Shown here: piece by piece, positions 1-12,619 of the stretch
Layout of the letters: each line of letters starts with the position of its first letter
How positions within the stretch are numbered: position 1 is the first letter of the stretch
Source of the DNA: Centroscyllium fabricii
Taxonomy: Eukaryota
Direction of reading: 5' to 3'
Assembly: GCA_051313645.2 (NCBI GenBank)
Contig: JBNRSN020000003.1
Location: 178,746,001-178,810,000 of the forward strand
DNA: 64,000 nucleotides
Translations under genes and position numbers: made by a program
Notes under the pieces: model-generated
Seen by the model: only the letters and a program-made list of their open reading frames with translations
What the model was told of the DNA's origin: nothing
Databases searched by the model: none

Positions 1-3000
1 TGCTACAGCATCATGGGAAAGGTTGGTTTAGGATTTCGACACCAAATGTAAATTCAGACAACTAGCCAAACAGCGGGATGCAGAATGCGCACAAAGAGCA
101 GGATGATCTCTTTAGAAACGCAGTGAAAGAATGAGAAAACAGATTCCAGCAGGGCTTGGGTTCTGATGTAGTACTGGGACATAGTACTGGAAGGCTGCGG
201 ATTTAAATGAGTTGTCCCGACAGGTTTGGGTGTTGTATCTGGGCGGTAACAAGCAATAATTACAACAATTAAAGAAATATACAGTACAACGCACAGAGAC
301 TTAACTACTGCATCTGTGGTGTATTACTTCCCCCACCCCCTACCTTTACACTGAGAGCAGAGGCCTAAATAAGGATTTGATGAAATGCTTCACCTGTCAG
401 TGCAAATCCACTTAGTCAATATTCAGCGCTAAATGTGCCATATGTGAAAGCTTCAGGAGAAGGTTGAAAAAATTGAAATACACCCCTTGATAAAGCTAAA
501 CCAGTACAAGCACATCTGCTTCAATTAGAGGACTCAAATTAGATAAAATACAGCTATCAAGATGTTTACAAGACAAACCTGTTCTCTTTGAGGAAACACC
601 TCCTTTGCACCACAATGCACAAACAAGAATTGGATCTTGCAGCATCCTGCTCACTGGCAGTATAGATTTTTTGTTCAAAATCAACTTATCCTAAACCAAA
701 AAGGTAGTTTCATTTAAAAGGGTTTAATTGCTTCCAGTCTATTTGATAAAGAATAAACTGTTGTAGAAATACAGAGAGATTCAATGATATAATTCTAGAT
801 CTGTTCTTTTACATTAAATACTTTTTGGAAGTTAAATACAAACAAACACTGAGTTTTTAACCATACTTCAAGTTCAGCAACACTCATAGGAACACAGAAT
901 AAACAGACATTGAAACGGCAGGAGGAAGACAAGGAGTAATATGGTCTCAAATTCTCCAGTTACCAAAGGGCCACGAAGCATCCTGTTCCTTACTGAACAA
1001 AGCAATTTTTTTTTAAGTTAAAAGGCATCAGAGCTCATTTTAATTTGCACATTACAGTATAGCAATGGCAAAATAAATACCTATCTAGAGTGTATGCTAT
1101 ATTGTCTGTTTTCCAGTGACTAACTTATAGTTTCTATATACATTTTAATATTTTTATTATAGCTTTTTCACAGAGAACATAAAGGTTCCATTTCTAAATC
1201 AGCATTTAAACATTGTCCAGTGCTAGAAAAATTGAACAATTTAGCCAAAACCTAAAACAGATACAATTCACATCTCCCGCTAAACCTACAAATGAAACTG
1301 CAATCCTGACATGTGACCCCAGAGAAATGCATCACCCCTCCCCTCACGAATTTGCTTTCAGCTCTCAAAAAATGATACAAACAGCCCTATTGTCAGCCAA
1401 TCCACGTTTAATCCATGCATTAATGTCTGAATAGTTTTACAACCCTTCATTCAAATGCAAAGGCTTTGTTCAACTTGCCAAGACCATTTAGTTTGGATTA
1501 AAGGGAAAAAAGCAACAGACACACTGTACTAAAAACCATCACAGACACAAAGCAGCCTTTGGTATTACTGCTGTCCTTCTCCTTTAATACCCTTTAGTGG
1601 CAAATTATCGCTTGGCCTGATCTTCTGTTCTTCACTAACAAAGGTTATCCAATTTGAAGATCTCGCCCCAGTTAATGTTCCAAGCTGCTGAATTAAAATG
1701 CTGGTTCAAGCATCTATTTAACCTGCTGAATACGCTTTTTGAGAACATTTTTCACAATGCTTAAATTGAGTTTCCTTTAAAAATAGGATTTGTGCGTTTC
1801 AGCTGGTCAAAAGCACACACGCACAGTGCTTCATTCTAGTGTTTTCATTCCCCACACAAAAAAGTCTCAGTGTGGAAGAAAGCCTGGTTTAAAAAAAAGA
1901 AAGAAAATGTACAACCTACCACAGCATACATTTCTAAAGATCTCAAGTAATTCCATCATGTTTTTAGGAAACACAGAACTTGTCCATTTGGCAAACTGAA
2001 ATACCATAAATCATGTATTTTGTTAACTTAATACAGTTAAATGATAGTGAACAGTTGGCTTTGACATTTTAACAGATTACTATCCTTGTACTTGAAAACT
2101 TGACAGCTTTTATTTTACTTATGGAGTCGAACTCTGTACAGATACTCTCAGCCTTTGGCTTTCTATAGGGATTGGAGAGCTCGTGTTTGACAGGCTTTAT
2201 CTAAGCTCAAGGACGAGCTTTATGCTTAGCTGGCTGCAAGATTTGATTACACAGATGGATTTCCTATCTCACTTCCATGTTACTTCATTTTGGATCCTGT
2301 GTTCAACTAGAACTTTGCAATTTCTTCCATCAGGGTCATTTCTGCGACTTACAAGTAACAGATTCCGCTGATAGGGAAAACATACAATATGGAAAAAGAT
2401 CAAATTTGAAACTCTAATCATTCCCTATTGTTTATATAAATAAGCCCATAAATGTTGCCATAAATGTTGGTTACTAGTGAAAACCTTTAAACAAAAACAT
2501 TCTTTCAAAAACAGGAAACTCCAAATCTTCCCAGATCAAATATTTCTAATGGGCGTAAACTGTAGTCATTGTACTGAGAGTGGGTGTCATCTGAAGTTCC
2601 TTTACGGAATTATTTTTGCTTTTTGAAAAACACACAAGGGTGTGGATGACGAACTGACCTGCAATCTCTTTTTCAAAGTGATCAGCCTACCACAGGAAAA
2701 TATGGCTTAGTAATCTTTCCTAAAATGATCTACGATAAATTGGAATTAAGAATGTTATTGCTGTGGTTTGACATCCATATGAAAACACACCATTATGCTT
2801 CTAATTATCTTGACCCACATGGGAAAAGCAGGAATGTATTATGCGTTAATGATCACAACTAGAAGTCCTGCCTTTTCTTTTGCAAGGAACAGGGAAGATC
2901 CTCCCTGCAGCTTCACTATTAACATGTCTGTTTCCTGTCAGCCCACTCAGAGATAATGTCATTTATCTCGGAGAGGCACAAGACCAGTCATTAGCCTCAA

Positions 3001-3224
3001 TAAAAAGACCTCGAACAAAGAACAGTGATTGCTATCCATTGCTCAGAGGCTGCAGCCAAAAAACTCATTTCTTTGGGGAAAGGGGGCGTGGAGACACTGA
3101 ACTGAATACTATTTGCGCACACACCAAGCAGAAGCAAGTTTCTCCTAATGAATGTTGATTATTGTATATGATTCAGGTAACCACCAGCCCGAAACACTTT
3201 AACAGTCAATAGAATTTAATTTTA

Positions 3225-3420
3225 AACAGGAATAGAAAATGCAGGAAACACTCAGCAGATCAGTCAACATTGGTGGAGAAAACAGACCAGTCAGCGTTCT
3301 GATGAAGGGTCCGTTCGAACCAGAAACATTCATTTGTCTGTTCTCTCCACAGATGCTAAGTGTTTCCAGCATTGTTTCTGTTTTTGTTTAAGATTTTCAA
3401 CATCTGCAGTTTTGTTGCTT
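3225..3420. mobile_element. Degenerate inverted Penelope-type terminal-repeat fragment (second family) with a hammerhead-like core
   Basis: Imperfect inverted arms (AAACAGGAATAGAAAATGCAGGAAACACTCAGCAG ... CACAGATGCTAAGTGTTTCCAGCATTGTTTCTGTTT) flank CTGATGAAGGGTC..GAACCAGAAAC. A related piece lies at 59095-59190. Confidence 0.5.
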
Positions 3421-3484
3421 TTTATTTTGAGTTTAATTTTTCTGGTTAATTTAAATTTTCATGACAAAGATCGATAGGATTTTT

Positions 3485-3610
3485 TAGGTAAGTCTATCAA
3501 GGGATGTGGAGTAAAGGTGTGTAAATGGAATTATAGAGTTGAGGTACAGATTGGCCATGATGTAATTGAATGGTAGAACGGACTAAATGGCCTACTCCTG
3601 TTCCTATATT
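3485..3610 (+). mobile_element. CR1 LINE 3' tail fragment
   Basis: ATCAAGGGA..GGCCATGAT..TTGAATGG..AATGGCCTACTCCTGTTCCTAT matches the CR1 3' ends at 57.8-57.95 kb. Confidence 0.7.
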
Positions 3611-4111
3611 TTAGCAAATCTGAGAATAATTTTCAAAATGACTGAACGGCACTTCAGATTTTGATTATATAAATGAAAGCTTATCGCTGGGAAAAGAGGT
3701 TTATGCTGTGCAACATCCCCATCAACAATCTTCTGCAAGAAGCTCAACGACTTCTATCTCTTTAATTGCTGTCATGTGTACTTTGGTACCTAGAACTCAG
3801 TGAGGAGGCCCGTTCAGAACACACACACATCAAAGCAATCTGCTAAGTGCTGGCTAGCTTTCAGATTAATCCTCCCTGTTCTTATTTCAACTTTATACAA
3901 GAAACTCCTTTTTCAAGGCCAAAGGCACATGTCAGATTCTATATTCACAATACTTGGATGGATCTATTCTAATAACTCAGAAAGTCTATAGTATTTAAAG
4001 AACACACAAATATTTAATCTCCTAGGAGGCTCATGTGATTTGCTTTCTCCTAACCGTCCTTTTAAATTTGTTACTAAAAACTTACAGCTACAATTTTGAT
4101 TAATGAAAGAA

Positions 4112-4212
4112 CTTCCATTTGTAGAGTTTTTAATGACCTCAGGGGATCCCAAAGCACGTCACAACCAATTAAATACTTTGAACTGTAGTCATTGTTGTAA
4201 TGTAGGGAAATC
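4112..4212 (-). mobile_element. Deu-SINE (SacSINE1-type) 3' fragment
   Basis: Reverse complement of the TTTCCTACATT..GACTACAC..AAAGTA..ATTGG..GCTTTG..tail segment also seen at 25.89-25.99 kb. Confidence 0.55.
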
Positions 4213-7200
4213 AATATTAAGGCACAAATATTAAACTCATAAAAGAGTTTTACAATAAAGTTTGATAATAACTTGTTCTAGTCTGATGTCCGTCTGAAGC
4301 TATGTCCATTAATATTACTTTTTTTTAAAGAATTTTAGTGGCCTTTAGAAGCATACAGTCTTGTGAATGAAATTAGAAATCCAGCTCATTAGCAGGAAAA
4401 ATTCAATAGCAACTCTGGTCTCACAGATCTTGGGAGGTCACTACAAGTTCGTCCAGAAAGTTCTCAGCAGTCAAAGGGCACCAGCTCATTCACCCACTCT
4501 GAAAGAGTTCTGGTCACACTATTCAAAGTTACAAAGCATTAAGTAGACTGAAGAGTTTTTTGTTCTACAGGACTCGTGCTAGTTTGTGGTACCATTCACC
4601 AGCCAAATCTCTTCTTGCAGAGTTTTGAGTCAGCTTTTTAAACCACTCACATTCAAACAAATCTGCCTTTTGTTTTCTTCATTAATGACTGCTTACCATT
4701 TACAGTCTTTTGCTACAGACTGTAACAGACAAATAAGAGCAGCAGACAAAGAACAGGAAGGTATATATATGTTTCCATTCAACTAATCAGCAGGAACAAA
4801 AACAAGCACAAAGACCCAGTAGAAAATGGGTTTCTGGCTGCAACTTATTTTCAATACCATTCCTTTCTATTTATTGGTCTAATGTGACAGAAAGTCGTTG
4901 CTAGCATTAATGGTAAGTCAAGTCATTTGTGGACGCAATTCTCAGCTGTGAAATGTATCACTGCATCACTTTCAAGAGGTGACAAATTCCTCCCTGAGAT
5001 ATTAACAGGCCTTATGAGGACTCTCAAGCCTGCACTCGCTGCATGTTTTCTGCAGTCAACTCTTGTTCCCAGTTAGAAAACTATAGCGTGGAGTGTAAAA
5101 TACTGGATTAGCTGTCCAGTTGTGCTCTATATTCCAGTACTGTACTTTATCAATTAAATCAATTAATCCAGTTGGTGATTGCTCACATCATTAATGTCCT
5201 ACTTTGAGCCAATCAAATGTATAATTCTATTCCATTAACTGGATAAACAAAATTGTAAAATCTTATTTGATACTGGTGAAGGATTGGGTGTTGACAAGAC
5301 TTTGTTAGGTAATCCTATATTGGAAGGATTTTGCAAACTTCTAGGAGTGGTTATTGGTCTTGCCAAGTCTACTTAAGTCAGACATGTTAGTAACAGCTAA
5401 ACCACAAAAATGGGCTACATAGAAATAGCACAAACAACTCAAAATTATAGGCTGCTTTTTACTTGAGCCATACATGTAGGGAGTGGCAGGTTTTACAACA
5501 TACTTGTGGTTTTCTGCATAAAAGACAGGCAGAAACAGAGTCACAAAAATAATTAGTTTTAATAGGCTCCAATTTATCATGTTTTACATGACTAACTGCA
5601 GCAAACGAATAGAATAAACAGGCCAAGAATAGACCTGCAAACACACTGCAGAGATTAAACAATGACTACAACTCTTGAGGATTTACCTTGTACCTTTAGC
5701 AACCTGCTACTCAAACAAGTACAGTTGGACACATTTGTCTTCAACCTCATTTAAACCAGACAACTGTATAAATATTTCACAGCTTGTTACAACATGGTTT
5801 AACAAAAAGTGCCTTCACCTTTCAAATAAATAACAAGTACAAGACACAAGTGTATACATTAATACTATGGGCTCCATATCAGGTACAATTTCATTTCCTT
5901 CAAACCATATACAGGTACTGTGTATGCTGAAGGTTTAAATCTGAATGATCTCTGGTGCAGTCAACAGGAAAACAGGCTGTGCTAGAATGATTAGAGTCTG
6001 CTTGTCAATTATATCTGGGAAGAATCAAGACAAGCCAGCAGCAGTACCATACTGGACATTTTTCTGTATGACTCACTGACTGAATATCAGCAGGCACTGT
6101 TTTTGTACACATACATTCTTGATGGTTTTGTAGAATAGACACATTAAAACAGTTTCCCCAGGAGACTATTTGAGGTATAAATAAGGAAGAAATAGGAGTA
6201 GTGAAACCACACCACTCTAATCTCTGTTGCCATGCCACCTGCCTCTAGGATTTGAAAACGTACAGATTGCCTGCTAAACAAAACTGTTGAATCTGAACAT
6301 TTGGCTAAAAGATTTAAAAAGCTCGGGTGCAGGGAGCAATGCCTTCTGCATTCCGCACAGCCAGTGAATCCAATCAAATGGTCTTGAAACTTTAACCACA
6401 CCATTGTGAAGAACAGATTAGAGCAAGTTATCTTGATATTTAAAGCAGATTAAAACGGCTCCTAATTTGCAGTCTGCTGGAGACCAAGGTAAAACGATTT
6501 GATTGGGGAGTTGTCAAGCATGTCAAACAGTTTGCCAATCTCTTCATTCCAAATCTGTTTGGATTCCCTTCTCATGACTAATAGACTATGGAACATTAGC
6601 CTCTGCACCTTACTGTTTAAATCTTTATTAACATCTCAATGTCTCCTTGAAACTGTTTCCCCGGCAATAAAATTAATCAAATAAAATACCATCTTCCAAG
6701 CCAACCAATCTTGCTGCTGTCTAAAGTTTCCAACAATAGTATCAGCAGAAATGCAAAGGTCACCACCTCAACAAGCTGGGAATTCACTTTACTCTATTAT
6801 ACACTGGAACAAAATCCTCTCCAACTCTACTGACCACTTCCATTGCAAGGAATCAATTTATTGAGTTGAATGGGAAGGGAAAGGTTGAAAATTGGATCAC
6901 AAGGTGCTGGACAAACTATATTAAAAGGAAGTAATTACTCTGGAAGGACTAATTTTATTCACGTTTTCTTCACCTAAAACGATGTAGAGCACAAAAACTT
7001 CACTGTGCACATCAACACAAAGCAGTTTTAAACACTGTCTGAGCATTGATCTAAACATTCTGTGATTCTCATTAACTTGTAGGATTTTTTTTAGGAATAG
7101 TAAGGACCTTGTTTCACAGACTAGCACCCACAATAATCGGCAAGCTTCTTAAAATGGCACAATTCCTCTGACCCCCATAATTATCCAACAATGGGGCAGT

Positions 7201-7907
7201 GCCTCCTGCGAAACTCCATAGTCTTTGGATAATTACCAACATACCAGAAGGCTGGTTGCACACTAACAATGGAAGGCAAGGGCAAACTTCCCTTTCACAC
7301 TGGATCGACAAAATAGGGATCATTGGCCCGGACTGATGTTAATAAAATACCAGGCACCACATCGCCCATCGCTGCATTCCTAAAAGGCAAGACCAGTGCA
7401 GCTTTTCTGAAGGCGTTTAGTGTCGTATTTGATTACAAAGCACCTCCCCCACCCTTTAGGTAAACAGGAGTGATTACAATAACCTCATTTCTCTCCAGCT
7501 GCGGGTTTTTATTCCATTGTGTGTGTGTATGATCATAACACCAGCCTGTTACTTAACAAAAATAAGCGAAAATGTTGAGTTTTCTCTCTTATTCGAGCGC
7601 TCTAACGCCATATCATATATAGTACTGTATTTGCAGAAATGAATGATTATAATTCGCGCGTTGTTAGTGACAGTTGTCAACAGTTAAGCAGTACGACCAC
7701 AACCCCTTTTATTACCATCAACTCCAGGTTATCATTGAGGTGTGTTCAAATGAAGGCAGTAAAGTATTGCCCTGATATGTAAAAGGCACTATCATTGCTC
7801 TTGCATTACTCACCTCAATGCATCATTCACTTCATCACAAGTATGCATGAAATAACCCCCCCACCACCCCCACAAACCAACAACAAACAAAACAAAATAC
7901 GAGTTAC

Positions 7908-8840
7908 CTTTTCGGATTTCAATTTCTTGACGGGTCGGGCACTGTCCTCGTCATGATCTCCGTCCTCTTTCTTCACCACAATAGGGTTGCTTAATATTCC
8001 TGACTCCAGAGTACTTTTAATGTCCTGGATGCGGGACGCGGGCTCCCCGGCGCCTCCGCCGCAGTGGAAGGAGCTGCTGCCGCCCTTGGGGCCGAAGTTA
8101 AAGAGATGAGCGGCCGCTGTCACCGGGCAAGTGGCCGGTGCCGACATCGGGGGCTGGCCCGGGTGCACCCCCACATCGTGCTTATTACTATCCTTACGGG
8201 ATCTGGCAGCCTCTTTATCCCGCTTCGAGCCTCCCCTGCCCGAGCTCTTGCCCGGTTTCTCCTCTTTGCTTTTAGTGCAATTGCCAATCGTGTTGTTATT
8301 GTTAATATTATTGTTATTATTGCAACTACTGTTGTTGCTGCCGCTGCTGCTAACTGTTTGACCCAGGGCTGAATTCATGCCAGAAACCTCTCCAGGGCGC
8401 CCTTGGACCTCCTGCCTCTTGCCAGCACTGCTAATTTCAGGAATCCCATACAGTGAGGCAGAGGAGAGAGATTTATTAGCATCCTTGGAAGTTTTGCTTC
8501 TTTTCACTTTGGATTTGCCAGTCTCCTTGTGGGAATTACCTTGGGGAGGCTGGACGGAAGAGGAGGTGAATTTGAGGCTATCAGAAAGGGCTGCTGCTAC
8601 ATTAGCACCACTTGGAGCCAAACCCCCGCAGTCCTTGGTGCTGCTGGTTGCAATGGTGTTATTACTGGTGGTGTTGCTCGAACTATTCATCTCCAATTTC
8701 TGCCTGTCTTTCTCCAAATCGGCGTCCAAATCGATGATCAGATTCCCCACTCCAATTTCCCAGTCATCGCCACTATCGTAAGTATCAACCGCGTTTGAAT
8801 CAACACCTTTACTAGTAGCAATGGAACTGTTCACTGACAT
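7908..8840 (-). CDS. ZNF608: ZNF608 first coding exon (311 codons, phase-0 donor); the gene continues left beyond the window
   Basis: The translation contains [93 protein letters not shown] and KKLKSEK, matching the ZNF608 N-terminus as I recall it. The exon ends at AAG|GTAACT (7908/7907). The ORF tail down to 7827 is intron read-through. Confidence 0.93.
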
Positions 8841-8938
8841 CCTGAAGATGTGATCTCTTGGATAAAAATTGGATGAACTTCACTGCTTTGGGTCTGGGAG
8901 GACATTCGCTTCTTCGCCACGTGTTTCACCCCTCTCAT
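8831..8938 (-). other. 35-codon upstream ORF overlapping the ZNF608 start codon out of frame
   Basis: ATG at 8938 (second in-frame ATG at 8905) encodes [35 protein letters not shown]. Its stop TGA (8833-8831) lies just downstream of the main ATG. Confidence 0.55.
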
Positions 8939-9017
8939 ATGTTTATTTTATATTTTATATTTATATATTTCCCTTATTTTCGAGTCACACGATCCACACA
9001 CACGAATAAATTACTTC
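8841..9017 (-). other. ZNF608: 5'UTR part of the ZNF608 coding exon, bounded by a splice acceptor
   Basis: The minus strand reads TTATTAGTTTTATCTTTTTACAG|GAAG (AG at 9019-9018), a strong polypyrimidine acceptor. Candidate upstream donors are AAG|GTAAGA (~9463) and ATG|GTAAGC (~10235). Confidence 0.6.
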
Positions 9018-11099
9018 CTGTAAAAAGATAAAACTAATAAATCGGTTGTTGGGTAACGCCAACATGTTTCTTCTTTTTTTTTCCTTTTTGCATGTAGATC
9101 TGATTTGAACTTTCCAATATTAAAAATAAAAATCCCGATTACATGGTTTTTAAAAATAGGTCTTTTAGAGAATCGCCCGTTTCATTGTTGACCTTTGTAA
9201 TTTCCCACCGACCCAAATGATAGACGACAACAAAAAAACTCGGACTTGAAATTTTCTTTGAGAAACATTAACAGATGAAAAAGTTATCATAGTGCAAAAA
9301 GAGACGCGTTTAAAGATTGCTGGAAATGAATCACCACTCGTTCGCGCTCCATGAGCTCTGCACCAAGGTGGCCTCAGTGACCGCAAATGAGGTTGTTTGA
9401 CAAAGATCAGTGTAACCATTCAAAGTCTGAAAAGCATGCATCATGGGTAGCAACAACTCTTACCTTTAAATCATTCATTTAAACATCTCTTCCCCGCATT
9501 ACGACCCCCCCCAAAAAAAAAATCTGCAACATTTCTCCATACATCATGCACCCTGCACAAGTTGTGTTATTATAAATGTAATCCGAAATGGAAGAAACAT
9601 TCTAAACCTCATCGCCAAGTAAATGTTTCACTTCTATACCCTCCTCCTCCTCTTTCTCCTGGCACTCAGATCGGATTCCTATCCTTTTCCCAGCAAACGA
9701 CAAATATTTTAAAGTCCACACACGCGGCCCGACCAACAACAAAAAAAAATTGCATGGGAATATATATTTAATTAAAAGAACTGTACACGGGTCCAAAAAT
9801 AAAATCATATAAAGTTTTCAAACTTAACATTCCGCCTTAACCGGACACTTTTGGAAACATCATGATCAGTAAATAATTATGTCATAAAGAGAGAGAAAAA
9901 AACCAGAAAGCAAAAACTACTGGCGTCTGGTTGAAACAAGACAGAATGTGCTAACCCTGAGATAAATTAGTGAAAGAAAAAAAAATAGCAGAAACCTGGA
10001 CTGGATTACACATTTTGTCCGGACGTGGCACCATCGTCTCTCAAAACAGTGTCAAACACACAAATTAAGCGGGGAAACGACGCCAGTCAATCATGTGGTA
10101 ATTTCATAATCGACAGTTTCAAATACAACAAAACAAGGACAGGGGGGAAAGGGGGGAGGAGGGGGGGGGAGAAAAGGAAGATATCTTGTACAACTAGGAC
10201 CGGTTTGTTGCAAACGTTGACGATTGTCTGCTTACCATTTTCTGTCATCTTGTACTCGGATTAGGAGCTACACAGTTTAATTAGCTGGCGTTTAGAGCTA
10301 AAAGCTGTAATGAATTGTTGATGGATTTGAAGGGGGAGGTTGCAACAACCAACCATCTAAAAGCAGCTATTTTGTTACAGTTCGAGCTTTAATCACGTGA
10401 ATCCAAGATTCCCTGTAGCTTGACGTGAGAACAAAAATCGGTGACAGGCGTATCAGAAAACTGATCTTGCTTTAGGAAAAAATAGGGTAAAACTTGAAGA
10501 CTGCAATTTAGAATGGGGGTGGGGGACCTCTTTGTGGGCTGTTATGGTCTGGGTTAGATTAAACCAGATATTTAGAACACGCCGCATGTTCTTTTCATAT
10601 TAGCAAGAAAAGCAGGGGAGGGGGCAGCATTCGTGATCGACAGTCTAACTGCTTATTAAAGTCAACTTCAGCAACATTTGCCGCTATTTACAAGCTCAAG
10701 TTAGCACGATAAGTGTCACGAGGGACTAATAGCCAAAATAGAAGCATGTTAGATTTGGTTTCCTCTTTTAAAAATCGTGGAAGTAAAATAAATAATGAAA
10801 CGGCACCGGATACAACTTTTAAATCAGCAAAGTGAATCAAAACTATATAATATTCAATGATAGCCCGATTTTATCCAAAACTCGGGATTGGGGGGTAAAA
10901 TAAAATAAAAACTTTGGAAACCGCTCACTTCTCTTGCCAAAAATGCGATCCCTGGTGTGATTGATAAAACTTTACACTCATTATTATACAATATACTTAC
11001 GATCAGTACTGGCTCGGTTTTGCCCTGGTCTTCGTGTGATATGAAATGCATTTTTGTTTTGTTTTAAATCAAATCTTGTACTAGTGTGACTGCCTGTCC

Positions 11100-11620
11100 T
11101 TCCCCCTCTGCCTATGTGTCGGTGTGTTTTGCTGGGTGCATTGGCTAATATATTCTCAGTGTGTGTCTATCGGTGTGTTTTGCTGGGTGCTGGCTTGTCC
11201 TCACAGTGTGTGTGTGTGTTTTGCACTGTCTCTCTCTCTCTCTCTCTCTCACTCTCTGCTCCAGACCCGGCTCCGCTCCTTTGTTTCCCAGCCATTCGCC
11301 CCGCAGCCACTCAGAGCGCAGCTTTTATGAAACTCAGCCCAACCATTGGCTGCGCGTTTTCCCATCTGTGTGTGTGCGAGAGAGAGAGAGAGGAGCTGGG
11401 CTTCCAACGCAAGAGTCAAATCAGCCCCTGTGTGAAAGGAGCTTCCAGCAGAGCCAGCACCAGAGCATTCAACTCCCAGCAGTAGAGCGTTTAGCTAGCA
11501 TAGCCAACAAAATCAGCTACTTTCACCCTTCATCGACACAGCCCTCGCCAGCCAGCACAGCTTGAACCAAGCACCCAGCTGCACCAGCTCCAAGTATTTC
11601 GCTCGCAGCACCCAGTGCAT
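11100..11620. promoter_or_regulatory. Probable ZNF608 promoter / upstream TSS region
   Basis: CpG-enriched, with (TG)n, (TC)n and (GA)n microsatellites and a reverse CCAAT box inside the near-palindrome GCCCAACCATTGGC (~11337-11350). It is TE-free and lies 2-2.5 kb 5' of the coding exon. The TSS position is inferred. Confidence 0.45.
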
Positions 11621-11647
11621 AAAACAAATGGTTACAATGACTTTCTC

Positions 11648-11843
11648 CTTCATCCAGAACACGACTGCAGAGCGCACATATTTAGATTGACTTCGCCCTT
11701 CATCCAGAACGCTTAGGTCATGGGATTTGGATTTACAGTAAAATATATCCTCCATCCAGATCATTTATATCACGCCTATTTAAAGTTAAAGCAATCTGTT
11801 CTTCATCCAGAACATTTTGAATTACTTTCCTATTCATCCAGAT
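11648..11843. repeat. Array of five CTTCATCCAGAAC-like motifs with unique spacers
   Basis: CATCCAGA cores at 11651, 11701, 11753, 11804 and 11835; three are the exact 13-mer CTTCATCCAGAAC. Confidence 0.8.
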
Positions 11844-12309
11844 AAATTCAGGTTGCAAACAATATTTAGAATAACAGTCTTTTGTTTTAGCACCTCAACC
11901 AAAACAATACCTCACACAATTTTACTGAATATTACACTCTTAAACGTTGGACAATCGGAAACAGGATCACCATTCCTTGTACATAACTGGACACATTTTG
12001 AAATGACTTATTTCTCTAGAACATTTTGAATGCATGACAGATGGAAACATTAACTTTACTTTGTAGTGGAATCATTTCCCTCTATGGCGTTATGTGTTGT
12101 CCCTAAATTTAAAAATGTAAGAATTTTTACTGCTTCCGATATATTTTAAATGTTCAAAAGTTGGGAAAATGCAAGAATTATGTGCACCCAAACACCAAAG
12201 TAAAGGGGGAAGGTATCTTTGACCTGTGTCCCTTTAGCCAACCCTTGGAGAGCAGAGTGACTGACATTGAATCCAAAACAGAGGTTAAAAGCATCCCCAT
12301 GTTAAAGGT

Positions 12310-12447
12310 AAGAAGTCACACAACACCAGCTTATATAGTCCAACAGTTTTATTTGAAATCACAAGCTTTCGGAGCGTTGCTCCTTCGTCAGGTGTTGTGT
12401 GACTTCTTACATTTGTCCACCCCAGTCCAACACCGGCACCTCCACAT
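12310..12447 (+). mobile_element. Penelope-type pLTR insertion (short inverted arm plus tail) with an intact hammerhead motif
   Basis: TSD CATGTTAAAGGT (12298-12309 / 12448-12459). The inverted arm reads CACCTGACGAAGGAGCAACGCTCCGAAAGCTTGTG on the minus strand. Tail TTTGTCCACCCCAGTCCAACACCGGCACCTCCACAT. Confidence 0.75.
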
Positions 12448-12619
12448 CATGTTAAAGGTGCGCGGCTTGTTTCTCGTGTTTCATTACCTCAGGCCAGGTG
12501 GGTTAGATATTAAGAAAGGGTGTTAGAAACAATTTACTGCACTCCTTAAAATAAGGTTTGCTGTGTCTCTTTGTAATATCTCATTTCTGTCAATATTTAT
12601 TTTTGTGTGCCAGTATTTA

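Noticed and set aside
7827-7907. C-terminal extension [11 protein letters not shown].. of the 337-aa ORF
   Set aside because: It lies past the AAG|GTAACT donor and is intronic.
8290-8350. Asn/Ser-rich run in ZNF608
   Set aside because: An ordinary low-complexity linker in a disordered region.
11648-11843. CRISPR array
   Set aside because: Vertebrate DNA, repeats only 13 bp and non-palindromic, no cas genes. Kept as a phased motif array.
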